Shown here: positions 9,683 to 19,390 of the stretch, piece after piece
How the letters are laid out: each line of letters opens with the position of its first letter
Numbering within the stretch: the stretch's first letter is position 1
Assembly: GCA_964405925.1 (NCBI GenBank)
Contig: CAYOQG010000002.1
Coordinates: 2,132-66,131, forward strand
Reading direction: 5' to 3'
DNA from: an uncultured Phycisphaeraceae bacterium
GTDB lineage: Bacteria; Planctomycetota; Phycisphaerae; UBA1845
DNA length: 64,000 nt
Position numbers and translations under genes: made by a program
Notes under the pieces: model-generated
Database searches by the model: none
Told to the model about the DNA's origin: nothing
What the model saw: only the letters and a program-made list of their open reading frames with translations

Positions 9683-10500
9683 TCATGAAAGCGCACAAAG
9701 CCTATTACTCGTTGATCCAGTACTGCCCTGACCGCGGCCGTGCAGAGGTCGCGAATGTAGGGGTCCTGGTCTTGTGCCCTGCGCTGCAATTCGTTGATGC
9801 ACGAACAAGCACAAACAACCAACGTGTCACGGGCGTCTTTGGCAGAGGAACATTCGACAGTTCGTGGCTTAACGCTGTAAAGCGATCGTTTGTGGACGCG
9901 GTCCGCAAACAATCCGACCGAATGCGATCACTCGACGACGTAGAGGCTTTGGCTGGCAGGCTCGCAAATGACCTAATACTGACAGCGCCGAGAGTCATGC
10001 GCAGCGAGAAACCGGCAGCCGACCTCAAAGCGCTCTTTTCCGAATACGTTCAGAGGTTTGCGCCCAGACGGCCCGAGCCCATACCAAATTCGGTACGGAG
10101 CCTCGACCAGGTCTTCCGACAGTTGGAGGGTAAGCGAAAGTCAGTGCGAGTGGGGTGCACGTTCGACGTTCCGAGCTATCCGCACAAGGTCCATGCTGAC
10201 TACGCCTACAACAACAGTCATACGAACCTCGTCCGTCTGCTAAGAATCGGACGGAGTCCGGCGCAAGCGTTCGCAACTGCAGTGCACCTTGGTGGCGAGA
10301 GCATCTATGTTGACAAGCATCTAAAGGTACAGAACCACAGTGCAAAGCTCGTCGTCGTGGCTGCGCCGGAGAACGCCTCGATCGCCAAAAGCACTGAACC
10401 ACAACTCGCGAAACTGTTTCGGGACTATCGAACTGCCAACTTGATCCGGTCCGCAAAGGTACCAGAGTTCGCAGAACGAGTAGAAAAGGAAGCGCACTAG
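9679..10500 (+). CDS. DUF3037-like protein
   Basis: The N-terminus YYSLIQYCPDRGRAEVANVGVLVLCP is the characteristic DUF3037 opening. The gene is translationally coupled to the HipA-like gene. Confidence 0.7.
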   Translation: MIMKAHKAYYSLIQYCPDRGRAEVANVGVLVLCPALQFVDARTSTNNQRVTGVFGRGTFDSSWLNAVKRSFVDAVRKQSDRMRSLDDVEALAGRLANDLILTAPRVMRSEKPAADLKALFSEYVQRFAPRRPEPIPNSVRSLDQVFRQLEGKRKSVRVGCTFDVPSYPHKVHADYAYNNSHTNLVRLLRIGRSPAQAFATAVHLGGESIYVDKHLKVQNHSAKLVVVAAPENASIAKSTEPQLAKLFRDYRTANLIRSAKVPEFAERVEKEAH

Positions 10501-10669
10501 ACGGCCATCTGGAAGCCCACGTCCGAAGGCGTATAATGGTTCTAAGCCTTGGCGAGGCCCAGGCGCGGACCTTGGTACGTGGCGGGCATGTCGCCACACG
10601 CACCTGGCGATTTCCAAGCGCCCGGGAGCACAGGGAGAGCGATTCTGACCCTGGGATGGCGATTCAGAT

Positions 10670-10876
10670 ATGGCGGACGTTGAACCGAAGCGATCGTTAT
10701 ATTTCATCCAGGAAATCATCGAGGATGACCTGGAGACCGGGAAATGGGATGGGCGGGTGCACACGCGGTTTCCGCCGGAGCCGAACGGGTATTTGCACAT
10801 CGGCCACGCGAAGTTGATCTGTTTGAACTTCGGGCTTGCGGCTCAGTCCGTAGGGTGCATCTTGATGCACCTCTGA
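10670..10876 (+). pseudogene. 5' fragment of a second glutaminyl-tRNA synthetase gene (first ~60 codons)
   Basis: [59 protein letters not shown] aligns with residues ~5-64 of the intact glnS at 11535 and includes the HIGH motif. Homology stops exactly at 10849, where a REP hairpin begins. Confidence 0.8.
10850..10871 (-). repeat. REP element copy 1 (palindromic GGTGCATC-AA-GATGCACC core)
   Basis: gtagggtgcatcttgatgcacc is the reverse complement of ggtgcatcaagatgcaccctac, which is identical to copy 3. It lies just 3' of the RAYT stop. Confidence 0.8.
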
Positions 10877-10891
10877 ATGCTTCGGTTCGCA

Positions 10892-11430
10892 TCACTCGGG
10901 CGCGTCGGGCAGATCGATGGGGGAACTTCCGGGCCAGTTAGGGTCGAGCCATCCGTTCCTGATGAAGCGGTGGACGCTTGACCAGGGCCAGCTACGCGGG
11001 TCATCAACGTGCCCGTGCTTGACCGGGTTCAGATGAATGTAGTCCACATGCCGCTGCCAGTCCTGTTCGTCGCGGATGGTGTGCTCGAAGAACCGGCGCT
11101 GCCAAACGGAGCGTTCGTGGGTACGGCGTCCAAGACGCGCCCGGTCGGTTTGCCGCAGGTTTGCCAAAACCCTCTGCGTGAACAGGGTCTTGATTAATCT
11201 CCACAAAGCCGAGTAATCTACCCGTCCGCCGGCTTCATGATCACGTGGAGATGCTCCGGCAACAAAACTACGGCGTCGATGTCAAACGGCCAACGCCGGC
11301 GAGCTTCGCGGAACGCGCTGGAGAGCAGGCGGCGACAATTGGGGTCGTCGAACCACGGGCGTCGCCCGTGCGTTACGACCGTGAAGAAACAGGTTGCGCC
11401 GCCGGCTTTCCACCGGTGGTAGGTCGGCAT
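10892..11430 (-). pseudogene. REP-associated tyrosine transposase (RAYT, IS200/IS605 TnpA-like), frameshifted
   Basis: The HUH motif (LPEHLHVIM) is in ORF 11218..11430 and the catalytic-Tyr motif (YIHLNPVKHG) is in ORF 10892..11206. The expected ...KPADG-DYSALWRLIKTLF junction is broken by 2 extra nt (ggg TA gat tac) near 11214..11217, which creates a TAG. Confidence 0.75.
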
Positions 11431-11458
11431 GGCGGACGATTATAGGGTCGTGGTTCGC

Positions 11459-11480
11459 GGTGCATCAAGATGCACCCTGC
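11459..11480 (+). repeat. REP element copy 2
   Basis: ggtgcatcaagatgcaccctgc is a perfect 8-bp hairpin with a 2-nt loop. It lies 5' of the RAYT gene. Confidence 0.8.
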
Positions 11481-11493
11481 GTTGTGCCAAGAT

Positions 11494-11515
11494 GGTGCAT
11501 CAAGATGCACCCTAC
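11494..11515 (+). repeat. REP element copy 3
   Basis: ggtgcatcaagatgcaccctac lies 14 nt after copy 2 and is inverted relative to copy 1. Confidence 0.8.
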
Positions 11516-11534
11516 GGCGAGGACGTATCGCAAC

Positions 11535-13310
11535 ATGCCATCAAACGACGAAAAGCGATCTTTGAATTTCATCCGGGAAATCATCGAGGATGACCTGGAG
11601 ACGAATAAGTGGGACGGGCGGGTGCATACGCGGTTTCCGCCGGAGCCGAACGGGTATCTGCACATCGGCCATGCCAAGTCGATCTGTTTGAACTTCGGGT
11701 TGGCGGCTCAGTATGGTGGGAAGTGCAACCTGCGGTTCGACGACACCAACCCGGTCAAGGAAGAGGAGGAGTACGTCGAGTCGATCAAAAAGGACGTACG
11801 CTGGCTGGGGTTCGACTGGGAGGATCGGCTTCTTTTCGGCTCGGATTACTTCGAGCAGATGTACGAATATGCTGTCCAGCTCATCAGAACCGGCAAAGCC
11901 TATGTCTGTGGCCTGACACCCGACCAGACCAAGGACTATCGCGGCACGTTGACCAGGCCCGGCAAGAAGAGCCCCTATCGCAACCGCTCGATCGAAGAGA
12001 ACCTCGATCTGTTTACGCGAATGCGGGCCGGTGAGTTCCCCGACGGATCGAAGACGCTACGAGCCAAGATCGACATGGCTCATGCCAACATGAACATGCG
12101 CGATCCGGTCATGTACCGCATCCTCCACGCCCGCCACCATCGTACCGGTGACAAGTGGTGCGTTTATCCCATGTATGACTGGGCGCACGGGTTGGAGGAC
12201 TCGATCGAAGGGATCACCCATTCGATCTGTACGCTCGAATTCGAGGATCATCGGCCTTTATACGATTGGTTCATCGATGCCATCAACGAAGGCCGCGGTC
12301 CAGGCAGCCAGTGGGGCGAGAAAATCGTCCACTCACAGCAGATCGAGTTCGCCCGTCTGGACCTGACCTACACGATCATGAGCAAACGGAAACTGCTGGA
12401 GCTGGTGCGCGAGGGGCGCGTCAGGGGCTGGAACGACCCAAGAATGCCTACAGTTTCCGGTATGCGGCGACGCGGGTATACCCCGGAGTCGATACGCAAG
12501 TTCTGTGACCGCATCGGTGTGGCCAAGTTCAACAGTGTCATCGATATAGCGCTTTTGGAACACTGCGTTCGGGAGGATTTGAACAAGCGGGCGCCGCGGG
12601 TGATGGGGGTGCTGAAACCGCTCCGGGTGGTCATCGACAATTATCGGGAGGATCAAGTGGAAGAGCTCGACGCGGTCAACAACCCGGAAGATCCCTCGGC
12701 GGGGACCCGGAAGGTGCCGTTTTCACGGGTTCTTTACATCGAAAAAGACGATTTTCGCGAGGACCCGCCCAAGAAGTTCTTCCGCTTGGCACCGGGTCGC
12801 GAGGTGCGGCTGCGATATGCCTACTTCGTGACGTGCGTGGACGTCGTAAAGGACGTGCAGACCGGAGAGGTGGTCGAGCTGCATTGCACGTATGACCCGG
12901 CTTCCCGCGGTGGTGATTCGCCCGATGGTCGAAAGGTGAAAGCCACCCTCCACTGGGTTTCCGCAGCCCACGCCGTGCCGGCGGAGGTTCGGTTATACGA
13001 TCATCTCTTTACGAAACCGGATCCCGAGGACGTTGATGAGGAAGGAGCTGACTATAAGAGCAACCTCAATCCGAACTCGCTGGTGACGCTCGCTGACTGC
13101 CAGGTCGAACCGAGTCTTGCGGGGGCGACGCCCGGCAGTCGCTATCAATTTGAGCGTCAGGGATATTTTTGCGTCGATCCCGATTCGTCGGGAGGTGGAC
13201 TTGTTTTCAACCGTACAGTGCCACTCCGTGACAGTTGGGCAAGGATTGAGAAGGGCATGTCGCTTGCCGTGTCCGGAGGTCAAGGTGATTCGCAGTCCGC
13301 TGCGGACTGA
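11535..13310 (+). CDS. glnS: Glutaminyl-tRNA synthetase
   Basis: Contains HIGH ([14 protein letters not shown]) and a KMSKS-like motif (IMSKRKL), and has GlnRS-type length (591 aa). The tracked ORF start (11394) lies in the REP cluster, so the start is set at [12 protein letters not shown] (atg 11535). Confidence 0.9.
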   Translation: MPSNDEKRSLNFIREIIEDDLETNKWDGRVHTRFPPEPNGYLHIGHAKSICLNFGLAAQYGGKCNLRFDDTNPVKEEEEYVESIKKDVRWLGFDWEDRLLFGSDYFEQMYEYAVQLIRTGKAYVCGLTPDQTKDYRGTLTRPGKKSPYRNRSIEENLDLFTRMRAGEFPDGSKTLRAKIDMAHANMNMRDPVMYRILHARHHRTGDKWCVYPMYDWAHGLEDSIEGITHSICTLEFEDHRPLYDWFIDAINEGRGPGSQWGEKIVHSQQIEFARLDLTYTIMSKRKLLELVREGRVRGWNDPRMPTVSGMRRRGYTPESIRKFCDRIGVAKFNSVIDIALLEHCVREDLNKRAPRVMGVLKPLRVVIDNYREDQVEELDAVNNPEDPSAGTRKVPFSRVLYIEKDDFREDPPKKFFRLAPGREVRLRYAYFVTCVDVVKDVQTGEVVELHCTYDPASRGGDSPDGRKVKATLHWVSAAHAVPAEVRLYDHLFTKPDPEDVDEEGADYKSNLNPNSLVTLADCQVEPSLAGATPGSRYQFERQGYFCVDPDSSGGGLVFNRTVPLRDSWARIEKGMSLAVSGGQGDSQSAAD

Positions 13311-13397
13311 AGCCTGCGGCGCGGTGCACCGTGGCTGCCCCCTTACCCTGCCCTCTCCGCCAAAAGAGAGAGAGGAGCCAACGCCTAGGACCCCGCG

Positions 13398-13622
13398 ATG
13401 AACGAGAAGGAGCGCACGGCAGAGATCAGGTCGGCTGTTCGCGGTGAAGCGGACGCCCTTCAGCGATTGCTTGTCGACTACTATGCGCCGCTTCGTAAAC
13501 CTGTGGGGGGCAGAGTCGAACCTTCGATGCGTCGCCACATCGATCCGGACGACGTGCTGTAGGAGACCTACGCCGCGGCATACGCCGTTGAACGGCATCG
13601 AAAGGACCGCGCGGGCTCATAG
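13398..13622 (+). pseudogene. Possible remnant of an ECF sigma-70 factor (region 2 only, in-frame TAG)
   Basis: MNEKERTAEIRSAVRGEADALQRLLVDYYAPLRK...HIDPDDVL-TAG-ETYAAAY resembles the start of ECF sigma region 2 (DDVLQETY). It has a stop where Q is expected (13560..13562) and another stop at 13620..13622. It is short and weak. Confidence 0.35.
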
Positions 13623-13672
13623 CACACGGCTCAACGGGGTGCGAGTCGGGAGGATAGTGCTGGAGTTGGGTG

Positions 13673-14308
13673 TCAAAAGTCTGCGTCTGCGCCCAGTTGC
13701 CCGGCCTTTTGCTGCAGCATCGTAATGATGGCCTGCCACTTTTGGGTCACCTCGTGAAACTCATATTGGAGGATATCGGCGAGCAGGACGTAGTCGCTTA
13801 CTCGCAGGGCGTCGCGGACCTGGAGGAGTACCTCCTTGGGTCTGCTGAGCAAACTAACAAGCGGTTCCTCGTGGACGGTGGTCTGCTCCGCGCTGAGTTG
13901 CAGCATCTCGATAGATTTAGCCACGGCATCGTGAATCTGCTGCCAGACGCGCAGGCACCCACCCAACGCTTCGGCCGCCTCGACGACGTTGCCCTCGGTG
14001 AGCAGCCCGGCTACACGCTGGCACTCCGCGTCGGTGTCCGCGAGACATACCGAAGCCTGCTCCATGGCGTCCAGCACCAACTGGTGACGTGTCCCTGTAA
14101 AGACCTCAAGTCGCTGCACGGACGATACGCGTCTTTGCAGGACGTCAGCCATGTCTGTGCTGGGGATGTCCCGGCCATCACAGCGGACGGCGATGACGAC
14201 GTCGCCAGGGGTGCACATGTTGGCCTGGATGAGCACTAGCACATCCTGCAGGGTATCGTCCTCGGCGAATGTGGTCTCGCGCGGATGGTCGTCGAGAAAG
14301 ATCTCCAC
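13673..14308 (-). CDS. Hypothetical protein (211 aa)
   Basis: The composition is protein-like and the ORF is uninterrupted. The opposite-strand ORF 13670..14239 looks like its shadow. No family is recognised. Confidence 0.6.
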   Translation of the reverse strand: MEIFLDDHPRETTFAEDDTLQDVLVLIQANMCTPGDVVIAVRCDGRDIPSTDMADVLQRRVSSVQRLEVFTGTRHQLVLDAMEQASVCLADTDAECQRVAGLLTEGNVVEAAEALGGCLRVWQQIHDAVAKSIEMLQLSAEQTTVHEEPLVSLLSRPKEVLLQVRDALRVSDYVLLADILQYEFHEVTQKWQAIITMLQQKAGQLGADADF

Positions 14309-14430
14309 TTTGTTCTCCCATAGGCGCGATTAGACGTCGTCCGAGTCGTTACCGCCCCTCATCAAGTATCGGCCTAACCACGGGTCCCTCCACAGCTCAG
14401 CCGTCGTAGGGAAAACATCTCACGACGGAC

Positions 14431-15186
14431 TCAATCCGACTTACGTTTGAAGGGCGGCGGGATCTTCCAATCCCCCAACAGGCTCACCATATCGGCGACA
14501 CCGATTGGCCTGGGCAGGGCGTACAACTCGCCGAAGCGCACCCCCGCCAGGATGCCCTCCGCCCCCGCCAGTGAACGAATGTAGTGCTCGACGCCCGCAA
14601 ACCGCTGTTCGTCAAACTGCGATCGGTAGCAACGGACGGCCTCGACCTTCTGATCAATGGTATCAGTGATATCGACGACAAACTGCGAATGCCAATGCGT
14701 CACCTCGGATGCGAAGCGAACGGGCCGGTATACGAGATGGTCAACGCGGAACGGTTCCGTGTTGTCGAACCGCTCGTCCCACTTCGTGAGCTGTGAGTAG
14801 AACCGGGCTGCCTCGGTGATGAGCTGTCCCTGATAGTGGTCTGGCGACGCAGCGGGCGTCCGACCGGCCATCCCGACCAGAATCTTGGGGCGGTACTGCC
14901 TCAAGGCCGTCGCCATCGCGTACCGCGCTTGGGGTCCGTCCATGAGGGTACGGTTTTCGAGGCCGAGCATCTCGCAGACCTGAACGCCGAGGATCTCGGC
15001 TGCAGTCTGCATCTCCTTGATCCGCGTTTCTCGCGTACCATGAGGGGTCGGCTCACCGTCGGTCATGTGCAACATACCGACGCGATAGCCGAGCCGGACA
15101 AGCTTGGCGATGGCCCCCCCCATGCCAATCTCGAGATCGTCGGGATGGGGAGCAGTAAACACAATGTCAAGCGGGGTATCCGTCAT
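14431..15186 (-). CDS. PIG-L/LmbE-family deacetylase (BshB1-like)
   Basis: IVFTAPHPDDLEIGMGGAIAKL...DGEPTPHGT...ASPDHYQ shows the PIG-L zinc-binding signature (HPDD...H.DH). The start is set at MTDTPLDIV (cat 15184..15186). Confidence 0.8.
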   Translation of the reverse strand: MTDTPLDIVFTAPHPDDLEIGMGGAIAKLVRLGYRVGMLHMTDGEPTPHGTRETRIKEMQTAAEILGVQVCEMLGLENRTLMDGPQARYAMATALRQYRPKILVGMAGRTPAASPDHYQGQLITEAARFYSQLTKWDERFDNTEPFRVDHLVYRPVRFASEVTHWHSQFVVDITDTIDQKVEAVRCYRSQFDEQRFAGVEHYIRSLAGAEGILAGVRFGELYALPRPIGVADMVSLLGDWKIPPPFKRKSD

Positions 15187-15381
15187 ATCACCTTGGCTCC
15201 GCTCCTTCTGCGTGAGTGTTCGGACGTACACGCGACTATAGGCCGCAAGCCGAATAAGGACAACGGCGCTTGAGGGACGGGATCCGGTCATGCTCCGGCT
15301 CTCGGCGAGCCAGTCCGCGCAGTCTCCTTGTCTCAGGATCGGGCCCTGGCGTTGAGGAGAGCTCGACGCTACAACTACGGC

Positions 15382-15870
15382 ATGAGGAAAGAGATCCGAG
15401 ACGCCGACCGCGAACAGGTGGCCGAGTTCATCGAAAGGCACTGGCATAGCCGCATGGTGATGAGCCATGGTCGCAGCTTCTACCCCCACAAGGAGCAGGG
15501 CTTCATCGAGCTCCGCGATGGCAAGATTGTGGGTCTGTTGACCTATAGCATCGATCAGGACGCGATGGAGATGCTTACTCTCAACAGCACGCTGGAAGGC
15601 CAGGGCATCGGGTCATCTCTGATCCTCAGCGCGATCGAAAAGGCGCGCCACGAAGGTTTGAGACGAGTCTGGCTTACCACGACTAACGACGCCATGCGGG
15701 CGATCAGTCTCTATCAGCGCCTGGGATTCCGGCTCATCGAGGTCAACGTCGGCGTCATTGACGAAGCCAGGAAGGTCAAGCCGCAGATCCCCGAGGTTGG
15801 TGAGCGGGGGATACCCATCCACGACGAGATCGTGATGGAGCTCAAGATCAAGCCTTATCTCGACGGGTGA
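15382..15870 (+). CDS. GNAT-family N-acetyltransferase
   Basis: The acetyl-CoA-binding motif is QGQGIGSSLILSAIEKARHEGLRRVWLTTTNDAMRAISLYQRLGF. The start is chosen at MRKEIRDAD (15382). Confidence 0.8.
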   Translation: MRKEIRDADREQVAEFIERHWHSRMVMSHGRSFYPHKEQGFIELRDGKIVGLLTYSIDQDAMEMLTLNSTLEGQGIGSSLILSAIEKARHEGLRRVWLTTTNDAMRAISLYQRLGFRLIEVNVGVIDEARKVKPQIPEVGERGIPIHDEIVMELKIKPYLDG

Positions 15871-16105
15871 TCGATCGCGGCGAGGCGGGCGCCCGTTTTG
15901 GAGCGCCCAGTGAGTCATCGCCTCTTTCCCCCGTGTGCGATGCCCGTCTCGACATAAGGGCGCAACGGATCGACCAAGGGCCATGGGGCCGCCACCGTAC
16001 TCGCTGAGCCGGCTACGACAGCATATAAGTCTCTCGCGACAAAGCCCGATCAGATCGTAATAGTGGAGGACGGGAGTTGGCAGTCTTGAGATCAGGAGTT
16101 GGCAG

Positions 16106-17152
16106 ATGAGCGACCCGGCGACGTCGCTTTCATCCCAGGGAGATTGGCGTAGCGGCCGAACCGAGGCCGTCCGAGAGTTCTTGGCCAAGTACGCGCCCAG
16201 CGAACACGATGACCTCCTCCTGCAAATGTTGGTCACTGTTTGCCGTCTGGCCGCTGACGGTGCGGATCGGGGCGACTTGAAGATCCTCAACGCCGCTTTG
16301 AGAGAGCTGCGCTATGCCTTCAAGGTGTTCGCCCCATACATCGAGGTGCCTAAAGTCACGATTTTCGGCTCTGCTCGCACATCGGAAAAGCACCCTCAGT
16401 ACCAAGAAGCTAAGAAGTTTGCAGAGCTTATCCAGCGGCAGGGATGGATGGTGATCACGGGGGCGGGCCTGGGAATCATGCGGGCCGGTCATCAGGGGGC
16501 AAGACGGGAAGCGAGCTTTGGCGTGGCCATCAGCCTGCCCTTTGAACAGGAGACCAATACGATCATCGCAGACGATCCCAAGCTCATCAACTTCAGGTAC
16601 TTCTTCACCCGAAAGCTGATGTTCGTGAAGGAGGCAGAGGCGATCGTGCTGTTCCCAGGGGGGTTTGGAACGTTGGACGAAGGGTTCGAGTCGCTGACCT
16701 TGGTGCAGACGCTCAAGGCAGCACCCGTCCCGATCGTGCTGTGCGAGGAGCCAGGGGGAACCTATTGGCGAGGGTGGAGAAGGTTCGTGGAAACCGAACT
16801 GCTGGCGAATGGGATGATCGACGTGGAAGACTTGAACTTGTTTCATATCACCGACCGGGCGGAGAGTGCCGTCCAGGAGGTGGTGAGTTTTTACCGTCGT
16901 TACCATTCGTCGCGGTATGTGGGCGAAACGCTGGTTTTTCGATTGAACAGCCGTCTCGATGTCGAAACACTATCCGAGATTAACGACACCTTCGCCGATA
17001 TTATCAGACGGGGGCGTTTCGAACAGACCGACGGACCAGTCGAGGGCGAGGACGACGCCTATCCGGCCAAACCAAGGCTGGCGTTTGCGTTTGATCGGCG
17101 AAGCGCCGGGCGGCTTCGGTTGTTGATCAACCGAATCAACGAACGCCCATAG
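16106..17152 (+). CDS. LOG-family (TIGR00730-type) nucleotide nucleosidase-like protein
   Basis: VTIFGSAR...ITGAGLGIMRAGHQGA...FPGGFGTLDEGFESLTLVQT shows the LOG-family signature PGGxGTxxE. Confidence 0.75.
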   Translation: MSDPATSLSSQGDWRSGRTEAVREFLAKYAPSEHDDLLLQMLVTVCRLAADGADRGDLKILNAALRELRYAFKVFAPYIEVPKVTIFGSARTSEKHPQYQEAKKFAELIQRQGWMVITGAGLGIMRAGHQGARREASFGVAISLPFEQETNTIIADDPKLINFRYFFTRKLMFVKEAEAIVLFPGGFGTLDEGFESLTLVQTLKAAPVPIVLCEEPGGTYWRGWRRFVETELLANGMIDVEDLNLFHITDRAESAVQEVVSFYRRYHSSRYVGETLVFRLNSRLDVETLSEINDTFADIIRRGRFEQTDGPVEGEDDAYPAKPRLAFAFDRRSAGRLRLLINRINERP

Positions 17153-17243
17153 CTTTGGTTTTGTGCTCTAGATCCGGCGCGTCAGCCTGCTTGTGGTCCC
17201 GACGCGTGTTAGGACTACGCCTGTATAAGGGGGAGCTTCTTCT

Positions 17244-18332
17244 ATGTCTTCCGAACCGGCCCGCGACGGCGGGGAAACGACCGGTGGCACGCCTGACGAC
17301 GTGGCCATCGTTGAGAAACTGGCCAACGCCTACCAGCAGATCCGATCCGAGCTGGGCCGTGTCATCGTTGGACAGGAGGCTGTCATTGAGCAGCTCCTGA
17401 TCGTACTGTTTTCGAGAGGCCACTGCATTCTGGAAGGTGTTCCCGGGCTGGCGAAAACGCTGCTGGTCAGCACGCTCTCGCGGCTGCTCTCCTTGAGTTT
17501 TTCGCGAATTCAGTTCACACCCGACCTGATGCCATCAGACATCACCGGTACTGAAGTCATTGAGGAGGATCGAGGCACGGGTTCGCGTTCGTTGCGGTTC
17601 GTGAAAGGGCCGGTGTTTGCGAATGTGGTTTTGGCAGACGAGATCAACCGCACGCCGCCCAAGACACAGGCTGCTTTGCTCGAGGCGATGCAGGAAAATC
17701 AGGTCACCGCGGCGGGCTTCCCGCATAAGCTGCCCAAGCCGTTCTGTGTGCTGGCGACCCAAAACCCGATCGAGCAGGAAGGGACCTACCCCCTTCCCGA
17801 GGCTCAGCTGGACCGGTTCATGTTCAAGGTGCGCGTCGACTATCCGTCGGAGGAGGAAGAGGTTCAGATCGTACGGATGACAACGGCGCCGCAGGACATC
17901 GAGCTGGAGCGGACGCTGGCCGCCCGCGACATTCTTGCCCTTCAGGATATCGTACGGCGGGTCCCGTGCGCCGATCATGTCATCCGGTATGCCACCAGGA
18001 TGACACGCTTGACGCGGGTGGATAAGGGTGACGTTCCGCAGTTTATCAAGGACTACGTCGCATGGGGCGCCGGACCCCGCGCCTCACAAAACCTCGTGCT
18101 AACCGGCAAGGCCCGGGCGATCCTCAAGGGAAGATACTACGTGTCCACGGAGGACATCGGGGCCGTGGCGCACCCGGTTCTGCGTCACCGCGTGCTGACC
18201 AATTTCAACGCAGAAGCTGACGGGGTGCAGAGCGACGATCTCATTGATCAGCTAATTGAAGTTGTAGGGGTCGAGGAGGAATCGGGAATAGACACGGCCA
18301 TGGCGAGCCGCGTGTTTGCGGACAGTGACTGA
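17244..18332 (+). CDS. MoxR-like AAA+ ATPase
   Basis: Contains Walker A (GVPGLAKT), Walker B (VVLADEINR) and [23 protein letters not shown], which is the AAA_3/MoxR signature. Confidence 0.9.
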   Translation: MSSEPARDGGETTGGTPDDVAIVEKLANAYQQIRSELGRVIVGQEAVIEQLLIVLFSRGHCILEGVPGLAKTLLVSTLSRLLSLSFSRIQFTPDLMPSDITGTEVIEEDRGTGSRSLRFVKGPVFANVVLADEINRTPPKTQAALLEAMQENQVTAAGFPHKLPKPFCVLATQNPIEQEGTYPLPEAQLDRFMFKVRVDYPSEEEEVQIVRMTTAPQDIELERTLAARDILALQDIVRRVPCADHVIRYATRMTRLTRVDKGDVPQFIKDYVAWGAGPRASQNLVLTGKARAILKGRYYVSTEDIGAVAHPVLRHRVLTNFNAEADGVQSDDLIDQLIEVVGVEEESGIDTAMASRVFADSD

Positions 18333-18445
18333 AAACGCCAGCAAGTGGGCTGGCCGGTGATCTGCCGAACAGGTGCACGACCCAGGCCTGATCCGGAGAA
18401 TGGCCCTTTGCGGGCACTCGTCGTATATCCAACCCGAAGCGTTCC

Positions 18446-19390
18446 ATGGAATCATCCGATCTCGACTATCGACGTTACCTCGATCCTGCGGTGCTCGCAA
18501 AGATCAGCGGTCTGGAGCTGCGGGCACGGTTGATCGTCGAGGGGTTTTTCAGTGGAATACACCACAGCCCCACTCACGGGGCATCGGTCGAGTTCGCCGA
18601 TCATCGGGCGTACACCCAAGGCGATGATCTTCGCTACATCGATTGGAAGCTGTACGGAAAGACCGACAAGTATTACATCAAGGAATTCGAGCAAGAGACC
18701 AATCTGAACCTGATGTTGGTGGTCGACAACAGCGAGTCGATGCACTACCGGTCGTCAGAAGCGAGTATGACGAAGTACGATTATGCGACGGCAGCAGCCG
18801 CAGCCACCGGATATCTCGCGGCTCAGCAGCAAGATTCCGTCGGGCTGACCCTCTTCGACGAGCATCTGACGGCGTTTATCAGACCCTCCAACGGCACCCT
18901 GCATTGGAAAACGCTCGTAAAGGAGCTAGCCAGTCAAACCCGCCGGGCCAAGACCTCGATGGAACGCGTGCTGCACGAACTGGCGGAGCGCATAGGCCAC
19001 CGCATGCTGATCATTCTGATCAGTGATCTCTTCGACGAGCCCCGGCGAACGCTGAGGGGTCTGAAACACTTGCGGTATATCCAACAAGAGTTGGTCGTTT
19101 GGAACATTTGGGAACCGGCAGATCTCAGACTGCACTTCAGAGGTCCGGTGATGTTTGACGGTCTGGAGTTGGCGGGCAAGCTCCTGATCGATCCCCGCTC
19201 GCTGCGGACGCGGTACGTGGAGGAGGTCGGACAATTCCAAAGTGAGCTTCGGTCGGGGTGTGGGCACATGCAGATCGACTATGTCCTGTTTGACACCGCG
19301 GCATCGCTCGACACTGCCTTGAGCGGCTACCTGGCCACACGAAGTGCGAGGCTTCGGCAACGCTCGTCGCGGGTTTTGGGAGCAGGATAA
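18446..19390 (+). CDS. DUF58-domain protein (MoxR partner)
   Basis: GASVEFADHRAYTQGDDLRYIDWKLYGKTDKYYIKEFEQETN is the DUF58 hallmark. The gene follows MoxR. Confidence 0.85.
   Translation: MESSDLDYRRYLDPAVLAKISGLELRARLIVEGFFSGIHHSPTHGASVEFADHRAYTQGDDLRYIDWKLYGKTDKYYIKEFEQETNLNLMLVVDNSESMHYRSSEASMTKYDYATAAAAATGYLAAQQQDSVGLTLFDEHLTAFIRPSNGTLHWKTLVKELASQTRRAKTSMERVLHELAERIGHRMLIILISDLFDEPRRTLRGLKHLRYIQQELVVWNIWEPADLRLHFRGPVMFDGLELAGKLLIDPRSLRTRYVEEVGQFQSELRSGCGHMQIDYVLFDTAASLDTALSGYLATRSARLRQRSSRVLGAG

Noticed and set aside
11394-11534. The upstream extension of the glnS ORF ([11 protein letters not shown]...[13 protein letters not shown])
   Set aside because: It is made of the two REP hairpins read as codons. 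Homology to GlnRS, and to the duplicated fragment, begins only after ATG 11535.
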